Below are positions 8,461 through 16,366 of a DNA stretch of 43,871 nucleotides, piece after piece. Position 1 is the first letter of the stretch. Every line of letters starts with the position of its first letter. The notes under the pieces were generated by a model. That model searched no databases, was not told the origin of the DNA, and was given only the letters and a program-made list of their open reading frames with translations. Origin of the DNA: Acetobacteraceae bacterium (GTDB lineage Bacteria; Pseudomonadota; Alphaproteobacteria; Acetobacterales; Acetobacteraceae); the NCBI GenBank assembly GCA_036265085.1, contig DATAPS010000412.1, positions 1-43,871 on the forward strand, written 5' to 3'. A program made the translations under genes and the position numbers.

Positions 8461-9687
8461 TCAGGCGGCCCGCTCCAGCACATCGGCCGTGTGCTGCGCG
8501 ATCATCGCCTCCTCGTCTGTCGGCACCACCCACGCGGAGACGCGCGCCCCGTCGGCGCTGATCCGGCCCTGCCCCGCGCGGTTGCGTGCCTCGTCCGCGA
8601 CGACGCCGAGCCAAGCGCAGCCCGCCATGACCTCGGCACGTGTCGCCGCGTCGTGTTCGCCGATGCCGGCGGTGAAGACGATCGCATCGAGGCCGCCGAG
8701 AGCGGCCGCGAGCGACCCGATCTCGCGGACGATGCGATGGACGAACAGCGCGATCGCCTCGCGTGCCGCTGGCGCGTCGGAGGCGCGCAGCGTGCGCATG
8801 TCCGAGGAGATGCCGGAGACGCCGAGCAGGCCGGATTCCTTGTAGATCAGATCCTGCACGTCCCGCGGGCTCATGCCGCGCTCGTCCAGCAGGTAGAGCA
8901 GCACGCCCGGATCGATCGCGCCGCAGCGCGTGCCCATCATGAGCCCGTCGACGGCAGTGAAGCCCATCGTGTTAGCGACGCTTCGCCCTTCGCGAACCGC
9001 GCATAAGCTGGCGCCGTTGCCGAGATGGCCGATGATCACGCGCCCGGCGGCGATCTCCGGAGCAAGCGTGCACAGTCGTCCGGATACGAACTCGTAGGAG
9101 AGCCCGTGGAACCCATAGCGCCGCACGCCCGCCTCGGTCAGCGCGCGCGGGATGGCGAAGAGCTGGACGAGCGGGTCCTGCGCGCGATGGAAGGCGGTGT
9201 CGAAGCAGGCGACCTGCCGGATATGCGCCGCCGCTTTTGCGATCGCCCGGATCGGGGCGAGATTGTGCGGCTGATGCAAAGGCGCCAGCGGTATGAGCGC
9301 GGCGAGCGCCTCGATCACGCCGGCGTCGACCACGGCAGGACCGGCGAACCGGGTCCCGCCATGCACGACGCGATGGCCAATCGAAGTCACCTTTCGGCCT
9401 CGGAGCAGGCCGATCGCCGTCTCGAGAATCTGCCGCGTCGCGGAGTCGTGATCGAGATCCGCGCTCGGCCAGCTTCGCTCCGCGACGGTTTCGCCGCGCG
9501 CATCCGCCACCTTCATGTGCGGCTTGACGCCGATCGCCTCGATCTGGCCGTGGAACATCGGCGCGAGTTTCGCGGCCGGATCGTAGACCGCGAACTTGAT
9601 GCTCGACGAGCCGGCATTGAGCACGGCGAGGCATCCCTGCGCCGCCTCGGCGCCGACAGGGTCACGCAGCGACATTTGTTCCGCCAT
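8461..9687 (-). CDS. ackA: Acetate/propionate family kinase
   Basis: LAVLNAGSSSIKFAVY, GHRVVHGG, FDTAFH, RRYGFHGLSYEF and FTAGIGE motifs. The stop is only 3 nt from the convergent hemF stop. Confidence 0.9.
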   Translation of the reverse strand: MAEQMSLRDPVGAEAAQGCLAVLNAGSSSIKFAVYDPAAKLAPMFHGQIEAIGVKPHMKVADARGETVAERSWPSADLDHDSATRQILETAIGLLRGRKVTSIGHRVVHGGTRFAGPAVVDAGVIEALAALIPLAPLHQPHNLAPIRAIAKAAAHIRQVACFDTAFHRAQDPLVQLFAIPRALTEAGVRRYGFHGLSYEFVSGRLCTLAPEIAAGRVIIGHLGNGASLCAVREGRSVANTMGFTAVDGLMMGTRCGAIDPGVLLYLLDERGMSPRDVQDLIYKESGLLGVSGISSDMRTLRASDAPAAREAIALFVHRIVREIGSLAAALGGLDAIVFTAGIGEHDAATRAEVMAGCAWLGVVADEARNRAGQGRISADGARVSAWVVPTDEEAMIAQHTADVLERAA

Positions 9688-9826
9688 CAACGTAAACCGT
9701 CCCGCCTGTGATACGGTGCGCGAAAGATGTTGGGAGGTAGGCGCAGGCGAGCCCGGACTGGTCGGTGGAGATGCCGACGACGAGCTCTTTCTGGCCCGTC
9801 AGGACCGGTCTGATCTGCCCGGACAT
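9662..9826 (-). pseudogene. Possible internally deleted enoyl-ACP reductase (FabI/SDR) remnant, 54 codons
   Basis: The sequence is MSGQIRPVLTGQKELVVGISTDQS + GLACAYLPTSFAHRITGGTVYVDGGTNVAA. The first part resembles a FabI N-terminus (GKxxLVxGVAxxxS). The second part resembles the SDR C-terminus (xxxFLxSxxAxxITGxxxxVDGG). The roughly 200-aa catalytic core is absent. Confidence 0.4.
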
Positions 9827-9836
9827 CCGGCGCTCC

Positions 9837-10802
9837 TCAGGAGATCGCGGCGGCCGCGTCGGCGCGACGCGCATGCGCGAGCAGGACCGCCACCGCGCAG
9901 GACGCGAGCCGTGTGAGCTGCGAGTCGGCGCGGCTCGTCAGGATGATCGGCACGCGCGCGCCGAGGACAATCCCCGCGGCATCGGCGCCGGCGAGGAAAG
10001 AGAGGCTCTTGGCCAGCATGTTCCCCGCTTCCAGGTCCGGCACGACGAGGACGTTAGCACGCCCGGCGACCGGCGACTTGATCTGCTTGGTCGCGGCGGC
10101 GGCGGCGCTGATGGCGTTGTCCAGCGCGAGTGGCCCGTCGAGCACGCCGCCGGTGATCTGACCGCGATCCGCCATCTTGCACAGCGCCGCCGCCTCTACC
10201 GTGGACGGCACCTTCGGATTGATCGTCTCCATCGCGCTGAGGATCGCGACGCGGATCTCGGGCAGGCCCAGCGCGCGCGCCAGATCGATCGCATTTTGGA
10301 CGATGTCCACCTTCTCCTCGAGCGTCGGCGCGATGTTGACCGCGGCGTCGGTGATGATGAGCGCGTCGGGATGGCCCGGCACGGCCATGACGAAGCAATG
10401 GCTGATGCGCCGTGCCGTGCGGATCCCGGTTTCGCGCGGCACGACGGCGCCCATCAACTCGTCGGTGTGCAGGCTACCCTTCATCAGCGCCTCGGCCCGC
10501 CCGCCCCGCACGAGCGCGACGGCCTTCGCCGCCGCGTCGTGGCTGTGCTCGGCCTCGACGATCTCGAACGCGGCGAGGTCGATCTTCTCCTGCTGCGCGA
10601 CCGCGCGCAGCTTTGCCGACGGCGCGACCAGGATGGGCACGATCAGGCCGAGCTGCGCGGCCTCCATCGCGCTGCCGAGCGAAACCGCGTCGCATGGGTG
10701 CGCGACGGCCGTGACGACCGCCGGCTTCAGCTTCGCGGCTGCGATCAGGCGGTCATATTTCTCGTGCGCGACATGGTTGCGCACGGGCGCGGCGTCAGGC
10801 AT
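9837..10802 (-). CDS. pta: Phosphate acetyl/butyryl-transferase (PTA_PTB domain only, 321 aa)
   Basis: AHPCD..SL, ALMKGSLHTDE, INPKVPSTVEAA and NVLVVPDLEAGNMLAK are typical of short Pta/Ptb-type enzymes. The ATG at 10802 overlaps the upstream stop by 8 nt. Confidence 0.85.
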   Translation of the reverse strand: MPDAAPVRNHVAHEKYDRLIAAAKLKPAVVTAVAHPCDAVSLGSAMEAAQLGLIVPILVAPSAKLRAVAQQEKIDLAAFEIVEAEHSHDAAAKAVALVRGGRAEALMKGSLHTDELMGAVVPRETGIRTARRISHCFVMAVPGHPDALIITDAAVNIAPTLEEKVDIVQNAIDLARALGLPEIRVAILSAMETINPKVPSTVEAAALCKMADRGQITGGVLDGPLALDNAISAAAAATKQIKSPVAGRANVLVVPDLEAGNMLAKSLSFLAGADAAGIVLGARVPIILTSRADSQLTRLASCAVAVLLAHARRADAAAAIS

Positions 10803-13080
10803 CGACCGGCACCTCGCGGACCGGGCTGGCGGACGTTGCGCCGAACAGCGCCTCGATTTCGGCGAGACGGCCTTGCTCCTCCTTGTCCGGCTTGCCGGGG
10901 GCGGCGACCACGCGGCGAACCGCGTCCAGCGCGAGCGACCGGATCTTCTTGTCGGTCGGCAGCAGCTTGGGGATCGCCTGAACCGCACGCCGCTCGTCGG
11001 CGAGAAGCAGCAGGAATTGCGTTCGCACGATGTCCTTCAGTTGCGTCATGCTGAGCCGCTGATCCGCGGGCTGAGCGGCCCGCAACGCCTGCAGCATGGC
11101 AAAGCCGCGCTCGTCCACGCTGCGTCCTGGCAGCCGCACGTAGATGATGGCCCGCAGTACCGCCTCCGCGATCCCGCCAGTCTCGAAATGTTGCTCGATC
11201 TCGGCGTGCTTGCGGTGCTCCATCGCCTCGCGCGCCAGATCCCTCTCGATCCGCCGTTGCGTGAGCGGCGCCTGCGGGTCGAGCCCGGCCATCGCCTGCA
11301 GCAGCGGCGAGCCGTAGGTGGCGAGGAATATCGCCTCCGTCGCCGCATCCCGCGCCTCTCCGCACCGGTCCAGCCACCACGCGATGCTTTCGGACACCGC
11401 CTTCTCGGCTTGCAGCAGCGTGTTGTCGGGAGAGATTCGCGATCGATTCTCGCGGATGTACGGGGCGAGCGCCTTCACCGGCAACATCGCCGGGTTAGCG
11501 TCCGAGAACATTTCGAAGCGGAGCCGGTTGGGGTGAAGGCGGCGCTGAGCCTGGGCGAATTGCTCGGAGCCGACCAAGCGCGCAGCGGGGCGAAGGAACG
11601 TTTCGTAGAGGCTGCGATTCACCTCAGACACCTGTGCGGCCGTGGCGAACCTGCGATCGTCCTCCGGCGAGTCCGGCGCGAGCGCGCGGATGTCGTCGAG
11701 CGTGCGCGCCTCCAGCCGGAGAAGGTACTTGCCCTGTACGAGCTGCGGGTTCTCGACGTCCGGACCAACGTCGGTGATGACCGCCTCGTAGAGACCCGGC
11801 GGCATCGCGTCGATCATGTCCATGCACGTGGCGAACTCGCCGTGTTCCTTCGTCGCGACCTTGCCGGACACGAAGATCCCTAGATGCCCGATCGTCTGAT
11901 GCAGGGTGTAGATGATGGTCTGGCCGTTCGCGACGATCTCCCGCTCATTGTCGTAGAGATCGGTGATCCATTCGAGCGCCTGCTGCGGCGGCGTGATATT
12001 GTCGCCCCAGGAGCAGAAGACGATGATCGGCGAACGGATATTGCGAAGATCGATCCGCACGCCATCCGACGTACGCAGGGCACCTGGCGCGAGCTTGTTG
12101 CCGACGAACAGGTTGTCGGCGATCCACTGCATCTCCTCGGAGTTGAGCAGCACCGGGCTGCCCCACCAGGTTTCGAATGCGAGGAAACGGTCTCTTTCCG
12201 TATCGACGTTGGCGTAGACATTGTACGCCTTCTTCCAATACGTGTTCGCGAGATTGAGCGATTCGAAATTGGCGACCAGATTGGCGCCATCGAAGATGCC
12301 GTGGCCCAGATCGCCCGCGAGCGCCGTCAGCCACGTGCCGCCGAGCAGGCCGCCGAGATACCGCATCGGGTTCTTGCCGCGAACGCCTGCCCAGTACGAA
12401 AGCGGCGATCCCGCAAGGATGATCGGGCCGGGAAGCTCGGGCCGTATCGCCGCCATCATCATGATCTGCCAGCCTGCCTGGCAGTTTCCAACCAGTACAG
12501 GCTTGCCGTCCGCTTTCGGGTGCAGCGCGGCGACTTCCTCGACGAAGGCCGCCTCGGCGCGGCCGACATCCTCGATCGTCTGGCCCGGCACCGGCTCGGG
12601 CAGGAAGCCGACGAAGTAGCAGGGATGGCCCGCCGCGATCGCGACGCCGATCTCGCTGTCCTGTTTCATCCCCCCGATCCCTGGGCCGTGCCCGGCACGC
12701 GGATCGAATACGATGAACGGAGGCTTCGTCGGATCGGTGATGGTGCCGGTCGGCGCCAGGATGCGGACCAGCAGGTAATTCACCGGTCGCGAGAGCGTGC
12801 GGCCGTCGCGGACGAGCTCGGTCCGGAAGCTCAGTACGTTCGGCGCGGGTTCTTCGTTGTGCGTGCGAGTGTCGTTCCCGCGCTCCCGCAGGGTGTCGAG
12901 AAACAACACCCAGCGTTGACCCGCGTCGAGCCAGTATTCGGATGCCGCCCGCAACCCGAACGGATCCAGAGCGGCGCTGCGTTCGACTTCCGTCTTGTTC
13001 GTTTCTCGCTGCAGACCGCCCGCAAGGCCCGGGAAGAGCTTGAGCAAGGGCGCAAGGCCCACGTTCGTCACGTCAACCAT
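10795..13080 (-). CDS. DUF3141-like alpha/beta-hydrolase-fold protein related to PHA synthases (761 aa)
   Basis: Large conserved protein with VLVGNCQAGW (Cys200, codon 12481..12483) in lipase-box-like context. AGGA lies upstream of the ATG at 13080. Family assignment is from memory of DUF3141 / '3-hydroxyalkanoate synthetase' annotations. Confidence 0.8.
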   Translation of the reverse strand: MVDVTNVGLAPLLKLFPGLAGGLQRETNKTEVERSAALDPFGLRAASEYWLDAGQRWVLFLDTLRERGNDTRTHNEEPAPNVLSFRTELVRDGRTLSRPVNYLLVRILAPTGTITDPTKPPFIVFDPRAGHGPGIGGMKQDSEIGVAIAAGHPCYFVGFLPEPVPGQTIEDVGRAEAAFVEEVAALHPKADGKPVLVGNCQAGWQIMMMAAIRPELPGPIILAGSPLSYWAGVRGKNPMRYLGGLLGGTWLTALAGDLGHGIFDGANLVANFESLNLANTYWKKAYNVYANVDTERDRFLAFETWWGSPVLLNSEEMQWIADNLFVGNKLAPGALRTSDGVRIDLRNIRSPIIVFCSWGDNITPPQQALEWITDLYDNEREIVANGQTIIYTLHQTIGHLGIFVSGKVATKEHGEFATCMDMIDAMPPGLYEAVITDVGPDVENPQLVQGKYLLRLEARTLDDIRALAPDSPEDDRRFATAAQVSEVNRSLYETFLRPAARLVGSEQFAQAQRRLHPNRLRFEMFSDANPAMLPVKALAPYIRENRSRISPDNTLLQAEKAVSESIAWWLDRCGEARDAATEAIFLATYGSPLLQAMAGLDPQAPLTQRRIERDLAREAMEHRKHAEIEQHFETGGIAEAVLRAIIYVRLPGRSVDERGFAMLQALRAAQPADQRLSMTQLKDIVRTQFLLLLADERRAVQAIPKLLPTDKKIRSLALDAVRRVVAAPGKPDKEEQGRLAEIEALFGATSASPVREVPVDA

Positions 13081-13255
13081 GCTTCATCCTATCTGTCGCG
13101 GGATTGTTCGATCGCCCGACAGTAGGCGTGATGTCAAGCGCCGGGCGAGACGCACTTACGGCCGCTAGGCACGACGGTCGTTGACATAGCTCGGTGCCGA
13201 CACGGCAGGTAGCTCAACCGTGCCGCAGAAGAACAATAACACAAATCTGAAACAT

Positions 13256-14500
13256 CTACTTCAAGTGGACGGTCGGCTCGACCGACAGACCGAGCGGCAA
13301 CGGCAGCGCAGGGTCGAGCCCCGAATCGATGTCGATCTTCACCGGCACGCGCTGCACGATCTTCACGAAATTGCCGGTCGCGTTCTCGGCGGGAAACGCG
13401 CTGAACCGCGATCCGGAGCCGAGCTGCACGCTGTCGACGTGGCCCTTCAGCTTGAGGAAGGGATATGCGTCGACGCCGACGTCGACCCGCTGGCCCGGCC
13501 GCATGCGGTTGAGTTGCGTCTCCTTGAAGTTGGCGGTGACCCAGATGTCGGGAGAGACGAGCGACATGACCTGTGCGCCTGCATTTACGTAATTGCCCTG
13601 CTCGACATTGCGCTTGGTGACCCAGCCATCCTGCGGCGCGCGGAGCAAGGTGTAACCGAGATTGAGCTCGGCCTGTTCGAGCTGCGCTTGCGCTTGCAGG
13701 ATCGAGCCCTGGACCTGCTCGACCTGGGCCTGTGACTGATTGATGTTCTCCTGCACGGGCTCCGCTTGCCGGACATTCGCCTGCGCCTCAGCCACCGACG
13801 CCTGGGCTTGCCGCAGATTGGCGTCAGCCTGATCGACGGCGGTTTGCGTGGTGGCCGCCCGTGACACCGCGTGCTGACGGCGATCCTCGGCCTCGGCATT
13901 CGCAAGTTGTGCCTGGGCTGAGAGGAGTTGCGCCTGTGCGGATTGCAGCCGCGCCGGGAAGTTCTTTCGCGCGACCGCCAGCGCTGCCTGGGATGCCTGG
14001 TACTGGCCGCGCGCCGCGGCGAGCGTGCCCTTTGCCTGGTCCCGCGCGGCGATGAAGTCGCGCGGATCGATCTTGAGGATCACGTCGCCCGCGTGGACGA
14101 ACTGGTTGTCGGTCACGGCGAGTTCGACAACGTACCCGCTCACCTTCGGCGCGATAATGATAGCACGGCCGTCGGTATAGGCATCATCGGTGCTTTCGAG
14201 ATTGCGGGTCATGAACCAATACGCGGACCCGCCTGCGATCGCGATCAGCGCGACGATTCCGACGATGATCCAGATCAGGGGCGAGCGGCGCTTCGGTGAC
14301 TCGTCGCCCTTGCCGGTCCGATCGTCCGTGTCCGCGCTCGTGTCGCTGAGCTGATGGCCGTCTTCCTTACCGCGGGTCTCGCCCGCGTCGTGCTCGCGCT
14401 TATCCGGCTCTGTGGGGGGGTGTTCGCGCGTGGGCGCATCGGCGCGTGCGGGCGCCTCAGCCGCCGCCGCGTCGTCTCGATCGGACTCGCCATACGGCAT
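13256..14500 (-). CDS. HlyD/EmrA-type membrane fusion (periplasmic adaptor) protein
   Basis: Single TM (LIWIIVGIVALIAIAGG), then a lipoyl/barrel-sandwich and long coiled-coil region (QAQLLSAQAQLANAEAE...). The C-terminal beta-barrel motif is FVKIVQRVPVKI. An acidic cytoplasmic tail of about 81 aa precedes the TM. Confidence 0.85.
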   Translation of the reverse strand: MPYGESDRDDAAAAEAPARADAPTREHPPTEPDKREHDAGETRGKEDGHQLSDTSADTDDRTGKGDESPKRRSPLIWIIVGIVALIAIAGGSAYWFMTRNLESTDDAYTDGRAIIIAPKVSGYVVELAVTDNQFVHAGDVILKIDPRDFIAARDQAKGTLAAARGQYQASQAALAVARKNFPARLQSAQAQLLSAQAQLANAEAEDRRQHAVSRAATTQTAVDQADANLRQAQASVAEAQANVRQAEPVQENINQSQAQVEQVQGSILQAQAQLEQAELNLGYTLLRAPQDGWVTKRNVEQGNYVNAGAQVMSLVSPDIWVTANFKETQLNRMRPGQRVDVGVDAYPFLKLKGHVDSVQLGSGSRFSAFPAENATGNFVKIVQRVPVKIDIDSGLDPALPLPLGLSVEPTVHLK

Positions 14501-14584
14501 CCGGATCTCCCCCAACCGCGTTTCGCAACGCAGCGCCAAGCCGCAGGGTTGCAACTGAACCGAACGGTTCAGTTTCGCGGAGGA

Positions 14585-16357
14585 TTAGTCTACGAAAGCT
14601 TGGGTGCGGACGAGGCGCGCGTAAAGCCCGTCGCACCGCAGCAAGTCGGCGTGCGTGCCGTGCTCGACCGCGCGGCCTTCGTCGAGCACCACGACGAGGT
14701 CGGCGCCACGTACCGTCGAGAGGCGATGCGCGACCACGATGGTCGTCCGGTGCGCCCGCAAGCGCTCAAGCGCCGACTGCACCAGCGCCTCGCTTTCGGC
14801 GTCGAGCGCGCTGGTCGCCTCGTCGAGCAGCAGGATTCGCGGATCGCGAATCAGCGCGCGCGCGAGTGAGATGCGCTGACGCTGCCCGCCGGAAAGCCGC
14901 TGGCCGCCGGGGCCGACCTCGGTGTCGTAGCCCTGCGGAAGCGACGCGATGAACAAGTCGGCAGCCGCCGCTCGCGCGGCCGCTTCCACCTCGGCGTCGG
15001 TCGCGCCCTGGCGGCCCATCCGGATGTTTGCGCGCACGGTCGTGTCGAACAGGAACGTGTCCTGAGCAACGTAGGCGAGGTGGTCGCGCAGGCTGGCGAG
15101 CGTGACGTCGCGGACATCCGCGCCATCGATCCGGATGTCGCCGGACGTTACGTCGTGCAGACGCGGGATAAGTGCGAGCGCGGTCGACTTGCCCGCGCCG
15201 GAGGGGCCGACGAGGGCGACAGTCTGTCCTGGCTCGGCGGTGAAGCTCAGCCCGCGCAGGCCAGCGCGGCCGTCCGGATAATCGAACCGGACCTCGTTGA
15301 ACACGAGCCGGCCGCGTCCGGCCGGAAGCGGCGTCGCGCCGGGCCGGTCGACGATGCGCGCCGGCTCGTCGATCATCGCGAAGACGCGCACGAGACCGCC
15401 TAGCCCCTCCTGCACCGCGGCGTTCAGCGAGCCGAGCGCGCGCAGTGGGCGCGAGGCGGCGACCAGGGCCACGACGAAGCCCATGAAATCGCCGAGCGTG
15501 TTGCTGCCGATCGCCGCGCGCCAGCCGGCGAAGCCGAGCACGCCCGCAATCGCCGCGCCGCCGAGCACCTCCAGCATCGGGTCGATGCGGCTGCGGCTGC
15601 GGCTGATCGTCATCAGCGCGCGATAGAGCCGGTCGAACGCCGCTTCCGCCCGTATGCTCTCCGCCGCTTCCAGGCGGTACGCCCGGACGGCGCGGGCCTG
15701 GGCGAAGCTCTCGTTCAATAGCGCCGCCGTCTCGCCCACGCGTACCTGCATACCCTGCGATGCCCGCCGGATGCGCTTGCCGATGCGCTGGATCGGGATC
15801 CCGGCGAGGGGGTAGAGCACCGCGCCGATCAGGCTCAGCTGCCAATCCAGGTAGAGCATCGACGCGACCAGCCCAATTACGGTCGCCGCATCGGCAAGGC
15901 CGTTCACGGCGCGTGTCAGCGCCTCGCGGATGGTCGCGGCGTCGGTCGTGAAGCGGCTCGCGAGCGCGGCGGGCGACTCGCGCTCGAGTTGGGCGATGTC
16001 GGCCCGCACGAGGTGGCGGAACATCCGCGCCTGTAGCGCGCGGATCACCCTCAGCACGAGCTTCTGCACGAGAATGGTCTGGAAATACTGGGCGGCAGCC
16101 TTGATCGTCATCAGGCACACGACCAGGACCGGCACTTGGTAGAGGATCCGTTGGTCGCGCGCCTCGAACATGCTGATCGCGCGCTGGATGACGACCGGGT
16201 AGAGCGCCTGCGCGCCGGCTAGGATGAGCGTCAGGACGACGATGACGACGATCGTGCCGCGGTGCCGCGCGATGTACTCGCGCCACAGTCGGCCGACGAG
16301 TGCGCGCGTGGTCTCGCGGTCCGGCCGGAGGACCTGGCGCGGAGTTTGGGCATCCAT
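14585..16357 (-). CDS. ABC transporter, fused permease/ATP-binding half-transporter (MsbA-like exporter)
   Basis: Six-TM ABC_membrane region followed by Walker A GPSGAGKST, signature LSGGQRQR and Walker B ILLLDEATSALD. Confidence 0.9.
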   Translation of the reverse strand: MDAQTPRQVLRPDRETTRALVGRLWREYIARHRGTIVVIVVLTLILAGAQALYPVVIQRAISMFEARDQRILYQVPVLVVCLMTIKAAAQYFQTILVQKLVLRVIRALQARMFRHLVRADIAQLERESPAALASRFTTDAATIREALTRAVNGLADAATVIGLVASMLYLDWQLSLIGAVLYPLAGIPIQRIGKRIRRASQGMQVRVGETAALLNESFAQARAVRAYRLEAAESIRAEAAFDRLYRALMTISRSRSRIDPMLEVLGGAAIAGVLGFAGWRAAIGSNTLGDFMGFVVALVAASRPLRALGSLNAAVQEGLGGLVRVFAMIDEPARIVDRPGATPLPAGRGRLVFNEVRFDYPDGRAGLRGLSFTAEPGQTVALVGPSGAGKSTALALIPRLHDVTSGDIRIDGADVRDVTLASLRDHLAYVAQDTFLFDTTVRANIRMGRQGATDAEVEAAARAAAADLFIASLPQGYDTEVGPGGQRLSGGQRQRISLARALIRDPRILLLDEATSALDAESEALVQSALERLRAHRTTIVVAHRLSTVRGADLVVVLDEGRAVEHGTHADLLRCDGLYARLVRTQAFVD

Positions 16358-16366
16358 ACGCCGTGC

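Noticed and set aside
8453-8465. Palindrome CCTGAGCCTCAGG spanning the hemF and ackA stop codons
   Set aside because: It arises largely from two convergent stop codons (TGA and TCA) only 3 nt apart. Six-bp arms with a 1-nt centre cannot form a stable hairpin, so it is not evidence for a terminator.
13093-13122. CTGTCGC-GGGA-TTGTTCG / CTGTCG...CGACAG considered as a PhoB (Pho box) site for the DUF3141-pta-ackA operon
   Set aside because: The second half-site matches the CTGTCAT consensus poorly. The motif also lies only about 13 nt from the start codon, overlapping the RBS region, which is the wrong position for a -35-replacing Pho box.
11884-13125. 413-aa plus-strand ORF antisense to the DUF3141 gene
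   Set aside because: Arg/Asp-rich antisense artefact. The minus-strand frame is a continuous 761-aa protein with balanced composition and operon-consistent overlaps.
13132-13137. TTGACA hexamer on the minus strand as a -35 element
   Set aside because: No acceptable -10 hexamer lies at 16-18 nt spacing (the sequence there is CGATCG), so I did not list it as a promoter feature.
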